Shown here in pieces: positions 56,496-64,000 of a stretch of DNA of 64,000 nt; the stretch's first letter is position 1; each line of letters starts with the position of its first letter. The translations under genes and the position numbers were made by a program. A model generated the notes under the pieces. That model ran no database searches, was not told the DNA's origin, and saw nothing but the letters and a program-made list of their open reading frames with translations. The stretch spans positions 124,001-188,000 of the IMG/VR virus record IMGVR_UViG_3300044591_002232; one strand, given 5' to 3'.

Positions 56496-57542
56496 ATGAA
56501 AAAATACGACGCAATTGTTTTTATTGGAAGATTTCAGCCTTTTCATAATGCTCATCTAGAAATTGTAAAAAGAGCATATGAACTGACTGATAATCTCATT
56601 ATGATTATTGGTTCTCAGTATAAACCAGTAACCTACAAAAATCCATTTCAAATTTCTCTTGAGCACCTGAATACTCATAGTTACTGGTCTGCCTTGAGGC
56701 AATCCATTTTAGAAGTGACTTCAGAAGAAGCTCCACTAGAAATTGAAATTCAAGAAGATATTTATGGTGATACCAAGTGGTGTAATGAAGTTCAAGAAAA
56801 GGTAAAATATTGTCTTGAGACTATTTCACCATCTGCTAATGTTGGTATCATCGGTTGTGAAAAAGACGAGACTTCTTATTACCTGAAGATGTTTCCACAA
56901 TGGGAACTAATTGAGGTTCCTCTTGAGCAAAATCTAAGTGCAACTCAGATCAGGGAACTCTACTTTGTAGAAGAACCGAATATGGACTTTGTGAAAAGTG
57001 TTGTTCCAGAACAAATCTTCAACTATCTTGATAGTATGAAGAGTTCTGAATGGCATAATCATATCGTAAATGAGCGTAGATTTGTCGAGAAATATAAGTC
57101 TCAGTATGCTTCCTTGCCCTGGCCACCAATTTTTGTTACAGTAGATTCTGTAGTGTTTCAATCTGGTCATGTCTTGATGGTCCGTAGAAATGCCTATCCT
57201 GGAAAGGGCCTGATTGCCTTGCCAGGCGGTTTTCTAGACGCAAACACCGATTCCTCCCTAGAAGATGCTATGATTCGAGAACTCCGAGAGGAAACCGGAC
57301 TTAAGGTTCCTTCTCCGGTTCTTCGTGGATGTATTAAAAATACTCATGTATTTGATGATATTTATAGAAGCAGCCGAGGGCGAACAATTACTCATGCCTT
57401 TAATATTGTTCTTCCTGATGGAGAACTTCCAAGAGTAAAAGGTGGTTCTGATGCTGATAAGGCATTCTGGATTCCTTTCTCTGAACTTGACCCAAGAGAG
57501 TGCTTTGAAGACCATTATCAAATTATTCGATATTTTATATGA
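56496..57542 (+). CDS. nadM: Bifunctional NMN adenylyltransferase / ADP-ribose pyrophosphatase (NadM-Nudix)
   Basis: IGRFQPFHNAH, KNPF, LSATQIR, ALPGGF..DAMIRELREETGL Nudix box. Confidence 0.93.
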   Translation: MKKYDAIVFIGRFQPFHNAHLEIVKRAYELTDNLIMIIGSQYKPVTYKNPFQISLEHLNTHSYWSALRQSILEVTSEEAPLEIEIQEDIYGDTKWCNEVQEKVKYCLETISPSANVGIIGCEKDETSYYLKMFPQWELIEVPLEQNLSATQIRELYFVEEPNMDFVKSVVPEQIFNYLDSMKSSEWHNHIVNERRFVEKYKSQYASLPWPPIFVTVDSVVFQSGHVLMVRRNAYPGKGLIALPGGFLDANTDSSLEDAMIRELREETGLKVPSPVLRGCIKNTHVFDDIYRSSRGRTITHAFNIVLPDGELPRVKGGSDADKAFWIPFSELDPRECFEDHYQIIRYFI

Positions 57543-58030
57543 AAACTATCAAAGGAGATCTAATTAAACTTGCCGAAAAAGGTAATTTTGATATTATTAT
57601 TCAAGGTTGTAACTGCTATAATGTTATGGGTGGGGGGTTGGCAAAACAACTTGCAGACCGATATCCCAAAGTAAAACAAGCGGATATGTGTACAACTAGG
57701 GGGGATAAATTAAAGTTGGGTAGGTTTACTACGGCTCAAATAAACACAGGAAAAACAATTTTTACTGTGATAAATGCCTACACTCAGTATGAAATGAGTA
57801 ATACTAAAGATGTATTTGAATATGGTGCCTTTGAAAAATTCTTAGAGTTATTTTCTAAATGTGTCCCTGATTATACACGGGGACCACATAGAAAAGTAAG
57901 CATTGGATTCCCTCAAATTGGCGCTGGACTTGCTGGTGGTGATTGGAGTAGAATTTCCAAAATGATTGAAAAGTTTTCAGAAGACGTTTCTGATTATGCT
58001 GATGTCACAGTAGTAGAATATCAACCTTGA
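57539..58030 (+). CDS. Macrodomain (Appr-1-p processing) protein
   Basis: IKGDLI, GCNC..MGGGLA, NAYTQ, FPQIGAGLAGGDW. Confidence 0.85.
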   Translation: MKTIKGDLIKLAEKGNFDIIIQGCNCYNVMGGGLAKQLADRYPKVKQADMCTTRGDKLKLGRFTTAQINTGKTIFTVINAYTQYEMSNTKDVFEYGAFEKFLELFSKCVPDYTRGPHRKVSIGFPQIGAGLAGGDWSRISKMIEKFSEDVSDYADVTVVEYQP

Positions 58031-58041
58031 GGTAAAAAATT

Positions 58042-58350
58042 ATGCCATGCTTTACACCGGAACCTACGCAAGAAGAAATTAAACTCGAACAAAAAAGTAA
58101 TAACAATAAAAAATATGGAATTAATAAAACTAATTCTGAATTAATTACATATTTGTTGAATATGTGTTGTGAAATGGGGGAAGTAATTTTTGAGCTTCAT
58201 ATGCAACATAGACTATCTAATGATACTTTGGCATGGTATCAGCAACATAGAGATAGAGATGATAAGGTAAAGGAAATTCAAACTGAATTATCTAAATTAG
58301 CCTTAAAAAAAGAAAGTCTTGAGCGAGAACTTAAGGCATTGAATGCTTGA
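58042..58350 (+). CDS. Hypothetical protein
   Basis: ORF track. Confidence 0.55.
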   Translation: MPCFTPEPTQEEIKLEQKSNNNKKYGINKTNSELITYLLNMCCEMGEVIFELHMQHRLSNDTLAWYQQHRDRDDKVKEIQTELSKLALKKESLERELKALNA

Positions 58351-58421
58351 CAGGTGTTAAAGTCATAAAAACACAATCAGGCGATAGACGCCGAAATTAA
58401 ACCTATTTTAAGGAGTTTAAA

Positions 58422-58955
58422 ATGGACCTAAACAAAAATTTACTGCTCAATTCGGATTCTTACAAGTATTCGCAGTTTAATCAATATCCCCCACAGACGG
58501 AAGGTGTATTTTCTTACATTGAAAGTCGTGGTGGTCATCACGATGAAACTCTCTTCTTTGGTCTTCAGATGTTTCTAAAAGACTATCTGATGAAGCCAAT
58601 TAGAATGGAAGATATTGATATTGCCGAGGCAATTATTCAGGCTCACGGTGAACCATTCTACCGTGGTGGTTGGGAATACATCGTCAAAAAGCACGGTGGA
58701 CATCTCCCCGTAAGAATCAAGGCTGTCCCTGAAGGAATGGTAATTCCTGTCAAGAATGTTTTGCTTACAATTGAAAATACCGACCCAAATTGCTACTGGT
58801 TGACTAGTTTCTTAGAGACTGCTCTACTTCGCTCGATTTGGTATCCGACGACAGTTGCGAGTAATTCTTATAATTCTAAGAAACTTATTCTCAATTATCT
58901 TATCCGCAATGGAGACCCAAATCTTATTGATTTTAAACTTCATGATTTTGGTGCT
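58422..58955 (+). CDS. nadV: Nicotinamide phosphoribosyltransferase exon 1
   Basis: NSDSYKYSQ, YIESRGG, LETALLRSIWYPTTVAS, ends LHDFGA. Confidence 0.93.
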
Positions 58956-59873
58956 TAACTCGGGCACCTAACTTTGTGAATTGCTGGAACCCCTAAGTTG
59001 TTTATACAATATGGAAATCAGCAGCCAAGACTACTATTAGTAGTAAGGTTCAGAGGCCATCGAAAGGGTTATTATTAATAACACTAAGTAGAGTACACTC
59101 AAGCGAGTGGAAGCGCAAAGACAGTAAAAAATACTGTAAGATATGGTCCAATCTTTATCGAAAGATAAAGCAGTTCGTATTCAACATAAATACTTCTAGA
59201 CCAAAATCATAAAATATTTATGTTAAAATTATTAGAAACCGTACCTAGTTTAGAAACATTTAGAGGCTATTCAATTTCTGATGATGGAAGAATTTTTTCT
59301 CATAAGACTAATAAATTTTTAAAACCATCCATAAGAATGGGAAATGGGTGTGCTTATGAAAGAATTGGTTTGACAGATTCAAATAGAGTCCGTAAAACAT
59401 TTTCAATTCATAGACTCGTTTGCATAGCTTTTAAATACAATCCCAATCATTTAAATTTAACTGTAAATCATATAGATGAAAATACTTTTAATAATCGTAT
59501 TGAAAATCTAGAATGGTTAACAATTGGAGAAAATATTAGATACTCTAAAGCAAATAAAACTTATGTTGGGGATCCTGATAAACTTACAACAGAGTTTAAT
59601 GAGGGTGACTACACAGTAAAAGAATTTGCCGAAAAGTATAATACTCCTTTAAATACTATGTGGGATATTTTAAATAAACTAAGTTCAACACAAAACAACA
59701 GAAAAAGAAGAGTATTTAATAAAGAGCTACGACTAGAAATTGCTTTAATGAGAAAATCAGGAAAGTCATTGAAAGAAGTTGCCAAATACTTTAATTGTTC
59801 TGAATCTATGGTTTCTAAGGTGTTTGATGAATACGAACGGGGTGTGTTTAGCGACCACACTTGAATAACTCCG
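58956..59873 (+). mobile_element. Group I intron (IA2-like) carrying an HNH ORF
   Basis: P1 ggtgct/gggcacc with U-G at splice site; P aattgctggaa, Q aatcagcag, R gttcagaggcca, S aagatatggtcc; P3 ctttgtg/cgcaaag; terminal G at 59873; P10 ctcg/cgag. Confidence 0.9.
59220..59864 (+). CDS. Intron-encoded HNH (NUMOD4-HNH type) homing endonuclease
   Basis: YSISDDGRIFS, IHRLVCIAF, VNHIDENTFNNRIENLEWLT. Confidence 0.88.
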   Translation: MLKLLETVPSLETFRGYSISDDGRIFSHKTNKFLKPSIRMGNGCAYERIGLTDSNRVRKTFSIHRLVCIAFKYNPNHLNLTVNHIDENTFNNRIENLEWLTIGENIRYSKANKTYVGDPDKLTTEFNEGDYTVKEFAEKYNTPLNTMWDILNKLSSTQNNRKRRVFNKELRLEIALMRKSGKSLKEVAKYFNCSESMVSKVFDEYERGVFSDHT

Positions 59874-60770
59874 CGAGGAGTATCTTCTTTAGAATCCGCA
59901 GGAATTGGTGGACTAGCTCACCTAGTCAACTTTAAAGGAACTGATACTGTTGCGGCACTTCTTTATGGTAAAGAATTTTATCACGAAGATATTGCCGGAT
60001 TTAGTATCCCAGCATCCGAACATAGTGTTGCGTGCTCGTATAATGCAATTCCAACTGTAGAAATAATTGATGAAAAAAATGAATTATCTTACATTCGTAG
60101 AATGTTAGAATTTTTATACACCCATCAAATGGTATCTATTGTTGGTGATGCATACGACATTTATAATTTTATAAATTTAATGGGTAGTATAAAAGATGAA
60201 ATTATTGAAAAAACAAAAGATAACAAATTTGTAATTCTTCGCCCAGACAGTGGAAACCCAGTGGAGGTTGTTTTAAAGTGCGCCCAACTTTTGGATAATC
60301 ACTTTGGAAGTACTATGAACTCTAAGGGTTATAAGGTTCTAAATCACGTCAGACTCATTCAAGGGGACGGTGTGAATTATGAAACTATTGACCGGGTTCT
60401 TCACGTTCTAGAAGCAAATGGATACAGTTCGGATAACATTGCCTTCGGTCAAGGTGGCGGATTGCTTCAACACGTAAATCGTGATGATTTTAAATTCGCA
60501 ATGAAGTGCAGTTCGGTAAATGTAAACGGAACCTGGCGTGACGTTTATAAAGACCCTGTAACCGACCCAGGCAAAACATCTAAAAAAGGTAGACTTCAGC
60601 TCATCAAAAATGAACAAGGAGAATATCAGACTGTTCCAGAAAGACCCTGGAATAAAGACGAGTTAGTAACTATTTATGAGAATGGTCAACTTTTGGTTGA
60701 TTATACTCTTGAGCATGTAAGAATTAATGCAAGCCAATGCTTGCACAATTTCTTCGCTAAAGCAGAGTGA
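59874..60770 (+). CDS. nadV: Nicotinamide phosphoribosyltransferase exon 2
   Basis: Starts RGVSS; SIPASEHS, VGDAYD, RPDSG, IQGDG, AFGQGGGLLQ, KTSKKG; in frame with track ORF 60102. Confidence 0.92.
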   Translation, partial: RGVSSLESAGIGGLAHLVNFKGTDTVAALLYGKEFYHEDIAGFSIPASEHSVACSYNAIPTVEIIDEKNELSYIRRMLEFLYTHQMVSIVGDAYDIYNFINLMGSIKDEIIEKTKDNKFVILRPDSGNPVEVVLKCAQLLDNHFGSTMNSKGYKVLNHVRLIQGDGVNYETIDRVLHVLEANGYSSDNIAFGQGGGLLQHVNRDDFKFAMKCSSVNVNGTWRDVYKDPVTDPGKTSKKGRLQLIKNEQGEYQTVPERPWNKDELVTIYENGQLLVDYTLEHVRINASQCLHNFFAKAE

Positions 60771-60800
60771 TATAAATACCTCAGGTTTAAATAACTTGAG

Positions 60801-61046
60801 GTGTTTTTTATGCTTAAAATTAGATGTAGAATGTGTGGAAATGAGGTACATGGTTTTGGAACCTGCGGGTGTCCAAATATGGCATCTATCCGCAACGATA
60901 AAATCACGGCCCTGGATCTGTCTCAGGTGGTTATGCTTGAGACTTATGAAAAGGCCTCAAATAAGCATCTGACCAATTCGGATCTTATGTGGCAAGAGGA
61001 AAGGAAACAACGTGGAGTAAAAAGGCTGGACTTTGAAGTTCGATAA
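60801..61046 (+). CDS. Small Cys-rich conserved hypothetical
   Basis: CRMC..CGCPN..DLSQV. Confidence 0.6.
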   Translation: MFFMLKIRCRMCGNEVHGFGTCGCPNMASIRNDKITALDLSQVVMLETYEKASNKHLTNSDLMWQEERKQRGVKRLDFEVR

Positions 61047-61058
61047 ATAGAATTAAAA

Positions 61059-61430
61059 ATGTTATACAAACAATTTCTTGTAGAGTCTAGAGAAAAACAG
61101 ATTCAGTCCTTTACTAGTTTTGTAAAGGACTATCTTGGCCTAGATGATCTACCAGAGATTGTTATTATTAATGATCCAAAGTTTTCTATTGAAAACAAAA
61201 CCTTTGGATGTTTTGATCTTATGAATGATATTATTAAAATTCAAATAGCTAACAGACATCCGTTGGACGTGATGAGAACTTTGGCTCATGAGATGGTGCA
61301 TTACAAGCAGAAAATTTCAGGGGCAGAATTAGATCCAACATCTGGATCAGATTGTGAAAATGAGGCAAACTCTGTTGCTGGAGAAATTATGCGTCATTAT
61401 ACAAAAACCATCGAAAATCACGGGTACTAA
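61059..61430 (+). CDS. HExxH metallopeptidase-like protein
   Basis: MRTLAHEMVHYKQ, ENEAN. Confidence 0.7.
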   Translation: MLYKQFLVESREKQIQSFTSFVKDYLGLDDLPEIVIINDPKFSIENKTFGCFDLMNDIIKIQIANRHPLDVMRTLAHEMVHYKQKISGAELDPTSGSDCENEANSVAGEIMRHYTKTIENHGY

Positions 61431-61433
61431 ACA

Positions 61434-61580
61434 TTGGACGAAACAACTAGAGAAAATTGGAAAAAAGTCAAAGAAGCCATGGAGGCATCAGGAAATACAA
61501 ACAATATGTATTATAAAAGAGCCTGTCAAATCTTAAAAGGCGGTGGTGATCCATTAGAAAAATTATTGAACGATGATTAA
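61434..61580 (+). CDS. Small conserved hypothetical (TTG start)
   Basis: ENWKKVKEAMEASGNTNNMYYKRA read by eye. Confidence 0.5.
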   Translation: MDETTRENWKKVKEAMEASGNTNNMYYKRACQILKGGGDPLEKLLNDD

Positions 61581-61713
61581 AGAAGAAGATTATAGAGATT
61601 TGTTTGAGAGAGTCTGGCATTTAAAAGTCCAAGAACTCATGCATGAACCATATGATGATGACATGATTAACGACGATTTCTGGACTCATGAAAACCAAAC
61701 GAACTATCTTTGA
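61573..61713 (+). CDS. Small hypothetical (46 aa)
   Basis: MIKEEDYRDLFERVWHLKVQELMHEP read by eye. Confidence 0.45.
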   Translation: MIKEEDYRDLFERVWHLKVQELMHEPYDDDMINDDFWTHENQTNYL

Positions 61714-62134
61714 TTGGGCCAAGATTAGCCTGATTATTGAGGCGATTATTGAATTTATTTCTAGGGTGTTTAAGATTCCCAAGGATAAATTATGGCCCCT
61801 GGTTGATGAAATTCAAAGAGAATTTCATAAAAGAGGCTGGATCGATAATACCCTAAATGAGTACATTATAAAAACCCCAGAACTTCTTGATCAAAGGGTC
61901 GAGAGGGATGTTGATAAGGCAATAGAAAATTATGAGAAATTAGAAGAACCTGAACCGGTTAATATGGTCAATGAGACTATTTTAAAAGAAATAGAAACTG
62001 GTGATTATACCGAAGAGCAAAAAAAGATTATTAAAGATGCCGTTTTTTATGAAAAAGAGCCTGATGGAAGTACTGCTCAGAGTCTTTTAGGTGGGGAAAT
62101 TGGCATAAAGGCCCCGTGGGTTCACAAAGATTGA
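61688..62134 (+). CDS. Hypothetical protein
   Basis: ORF track. Confidence 0.55.
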   Translation: MKTKRTIFDWAKISLIIEAIIEFISRVFKIPKDKLWPLVDEIQREFHKRGWIDNTLNEYIIKTPELLDQRVERDVDKAIENYEKLEEPEPVNMVNETILKEIETGDYTEEQKKIIKDAVFYEKEPDGSTAQSLLGGEIGIKAPWVHKD

Positions 62135-62157
62135 AAGGTGTGCTATATAGATTATAA

Positions 62158-62232
62158 CCGGTTATCGCCTAACTTGGTATGGCACCTCCTTTGGGAGGAG
62201 GAAAAATTTAAGTTCAAATCTTAATAACCGGA
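62158..62232 (+). tRNA. trnP: tRNA-Pro(UGG), CCA not encoded
   Basis: Acceptor CCGGTTA/TAACCGG, anticodon stem CCTCC/GGAGG with TGG, T arm TTAAG-TTCAAAT-CTTAA, discriminator A. Confidence 0.88.
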
Positions 62233-62274
62233 TTGGCCCTAGTGCCAAACACACACAAACACAGGAGAAAACAA

Positions 62275-62448
62275 ATGACACCTTATGAATTACGCTTTCA
62301 AATTTTTCAGGAAGCCAGACTAATTGCTACCGAAGATTTTGCAAATAAAAGAGAAGCTGCCAGGGAAGGCACGTACACTCCATTCCCTACAGTAGAACAG
62401 ATCGAAGTCCTGGCTGATCAGATCAAGGATTTTGTCGAAGAGAAGTAG
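62275..62448 (+). CDS. Small conserved hypothetical
   Basis: MTPYELRFQIFQEA; AGGAG RBS. Confidence 0.65.
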   Translation: MTPYELRFQIFQEARLIATEDFANKREAAREGTYTPFPTVEQIEVLADQIKDFVEEK

Positions 62449-62509
62449 ACAATTTTTGAACTGTCCATGAAATTGGATTTCCAATCAAATCTGTCTTATA
62501 CTCATTCAA

Positions 62510-63283
62510 GTGAGACAAATTTTTATGGACAGTTTAGGAGATCTTCTAAAATCCCAAGAACAAATAGAGGCCGGAAGAAAAGCCGATCCCTTTTTGCCTC
62601 TTATGGCAAGAATTGATGGTAAATGTTTTAGCAAATTTACCAAAGGACTCAAAAGACCTTTTGATGCGAAATTTGTAGAGTTAATGGTTGAAACCACCAA
62701 CCATTTGGTAAATGAAAGTGAGTCTCTTTTGGGTTATTGTCAATCAGACGAGATTACTCTGTATTGGTATCTCGATAAGGGAAATTATTCTAATAGGGAA
62801 TTCTGGTTTTCAGGTAAGTTCCAAAAGTTAACTTCTGTTCTTGCATCAACCGCGACCTCATTTTTTGTTGCAAATCTTCAAAAATTTCTTCCTGAAAAAG
62901 TGGGTCAATATCCGACTTTCGATGCAAGGGTTTGGTCTGTTCCTGATTTAGAGCATGTTTATAAAAACTTTCTTTGGCGGTTTAAGGATGCCCAAAAGAA
63001 CTCCGTTTCAATGTATGCAAGACATTTCTTTTCTCATAAAAATTTACAGAATAAAACTGGAAACGAAATGAAAGAAATGTTAAAAGAAATTGGAAATCCT
63101 TGGGAAGATCTACCAGATTTCTTTAAATCTGGAACCTATATAAAAAGAAAACGGATCTTGCTTGATCCATCCCAATGCTTAGATGTTCCAGAAAAATACA
63201 GACCACTTGAGCCTATTATTAGAACTACTGTTTCTGTCTGGAACCCACCCGAAACAATTTCACCTGAATGGTTTAACTTATGA
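62510..63283 (+). CDS. Thg1-like 3'-5' nucleotidyltransferase (tRNA-His guanylyltransferase family)
   Basis: ARIDGKCFSKFT, YCQSDEITL, FDARVW, NFLWR..DAQKNS. Confidence 0.85.
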   Translation: MRQIFMDSLGDLLKSQEQIEAGRKADPFLPLMARIDGKCFSKFTKGLKRPFDAKFVELMVETTNHLVNESESLLGYCQSDEITLYWYLDKGNYSNREFWFSGKFQKLTSVLASTATSFFVANLQKFLPEKVGQYPTFDARVWSVPDLEHVYKNFLWRFKDAQKNSVSMYARHFFSHKNLQNKTGNEMKEMLKEIGNPWEDLPDFFKSGTYIKRKRILLDPSQCLDVPEKYRPLEPIIRTTVSVWNPPETISPEWFNL

Positions 63284-63495
63284 AATCAACTGAATTTTGC
63301 TATTGGCTACAAGGTTATTTTGAACTTCGTCGCGGCGAGGCTCAATCTGGTATGTCTCTTACTCATGAGCAGGTAGAGATTATTGAGAGGCATCTTGCCC
63401 TGGTTTTTAAACATGAAATTGACCCGTCTTATGGTCCTCCTTCTCACCAGAATCAGTTAAATCAGATTCATGGCGGCGAACTTATGAGGTGCTGA
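63280..63495 (+). CDS. Hypothetical protein
   Basis: FCYWLQGYFE..IERHLALVF. Confidence 0.6.
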   Translation: MKSTEFCYWLQGYFELRRGEAQSGMSLTHEQVEIIERHLALVFKHEIDPSYGPPSHQNQLNQIHGGELMRC

Positions 63496-63770
63496 TTATG
63501 AAAGACATTTCTTCAGATACTCAGGTGGTGCTGACCGCCCTAACACAAAGCGAATATGGACTTGATCCCGCCGACATCCCAAATGAGGCGGCTCGTATGG
63601 CTCACATTGCCGCCACCACCCTCCGCGCCACCGTGGATCAGCTGGTCCCAGATGAACCAGACCCAGGATTGAGTCAGTTCTGGGACGATGAAGCTGATCG
63701 TGAGTGGCAAAACAATCAACATTTTCGCCGCAAATTCCTCGCCCTTGTCAATGAACTAGAGAATATCTAA
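63489..63770 (+). CDS. Hypothetical protein
   Basis: ORF track; locally GC-richer. Confidence 0.5.
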   Translation: MLIMKDISSDTQVVLTALTQSEYGLDPADIPNEAARMAHIAATTLRATVDQLVPDEPDPGLSQFWDDEADREWQNNQHFRRKFLALVNELENI

Positions 63771-64000
63771 TGACCGACGAACAATTGTTTAATCGCTTTA
63801 AGACCCTGACTTCTGAAATTATGGACACTGCCGCCGTTGTTCAGAATGATTATGATTGGCTGATTCTTAATCGGGCAATTACCTTTGAAGAAGTAAGAGA
63901 AGAATATTGGCGGTTTTTAAAGCGGATCGAGGACCATAAATGCGAGTTAGAGTCTTTATCTACTGACGTTTGTGGGAGACTTTCGGAGGTTATGCAGAAT
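63770..64000 (+). CDS. Hypothetical protein (3'-partial)
   Basis: TAATG-coupled start MTDEQLFNRF, open to window end. Confidence 0.5.
   Translation, partial: MTDEQLFNRFKTLTSEIMDTAAVVQNDYDWLILNRAITFEEVREEYWRFLKRIEDHKCELESLSTDVCGRLSEVMQN

Noticed and set aside
60102-60770. Stand-alone 222-aa ORF
   Set aside because: It is the distal part of NAMPT exon 2, which begins at 59874
1-64000. Photosynthesis genes (psbA, psbD, hli), rRNA, CRISPR arrays, transposases
   Set aside because: No recognisable sequence for any of these in this window; cyanophage assignment rests on gene order and conserved hypotheticals and is an inference

Overview
64 kb of a T4-like cyanomyovirus genome (Kyanoviridae-like, probably freshwater). 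It is mostly AT-rich with an obviously GC-richer island at about 6.8-10.4 kb. It carries the core virion module (gp18, gp19, gp20, gp21, gp22, gp23, gp3) and the recombination/replication module (uvsY, uvsW, gp55, gp47, gp46, gp45, gp44, gp62, regA, gp43, uvsX, gp41, mazG, gp61, nrdA, nrdB). It also has lysis genes, an NAD+ salvage cluster (NMNAT-Nudix, macrodomain, NAMPT), a tRNA-Pro and a Thg1-like gene. Main highlights: (1) nrdA is broken into three ORFs. These appear to be rejoined by two split inteins (one atypical, with a short N-half and long C-half) plus a third cis mini-intein at the catalytic cysteine, with a free-standing HNH-like endonuclease in each break. The summed exteins give 764 aa. 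(2) The NAMPT gene is interrupted by a group I intron (58956-59873) with an HNH ORF, and splicing restores HDFGA|RGVSS. (3) A dispersed, late-promoter-driven family of acidic-module/basic-payload proteins includes a 155-bp exact duplication. (4) Several unexplained cis elements: a promoter plus AT-tract tandem resembling an R-loop origin, a nested inverted-repeat cassette upstream of GIY-YIG genes, and a GAUAGAC leader hairpin shared by both NAD genes. All calls come from reading the sequence and translations by eye; no database searches were run.
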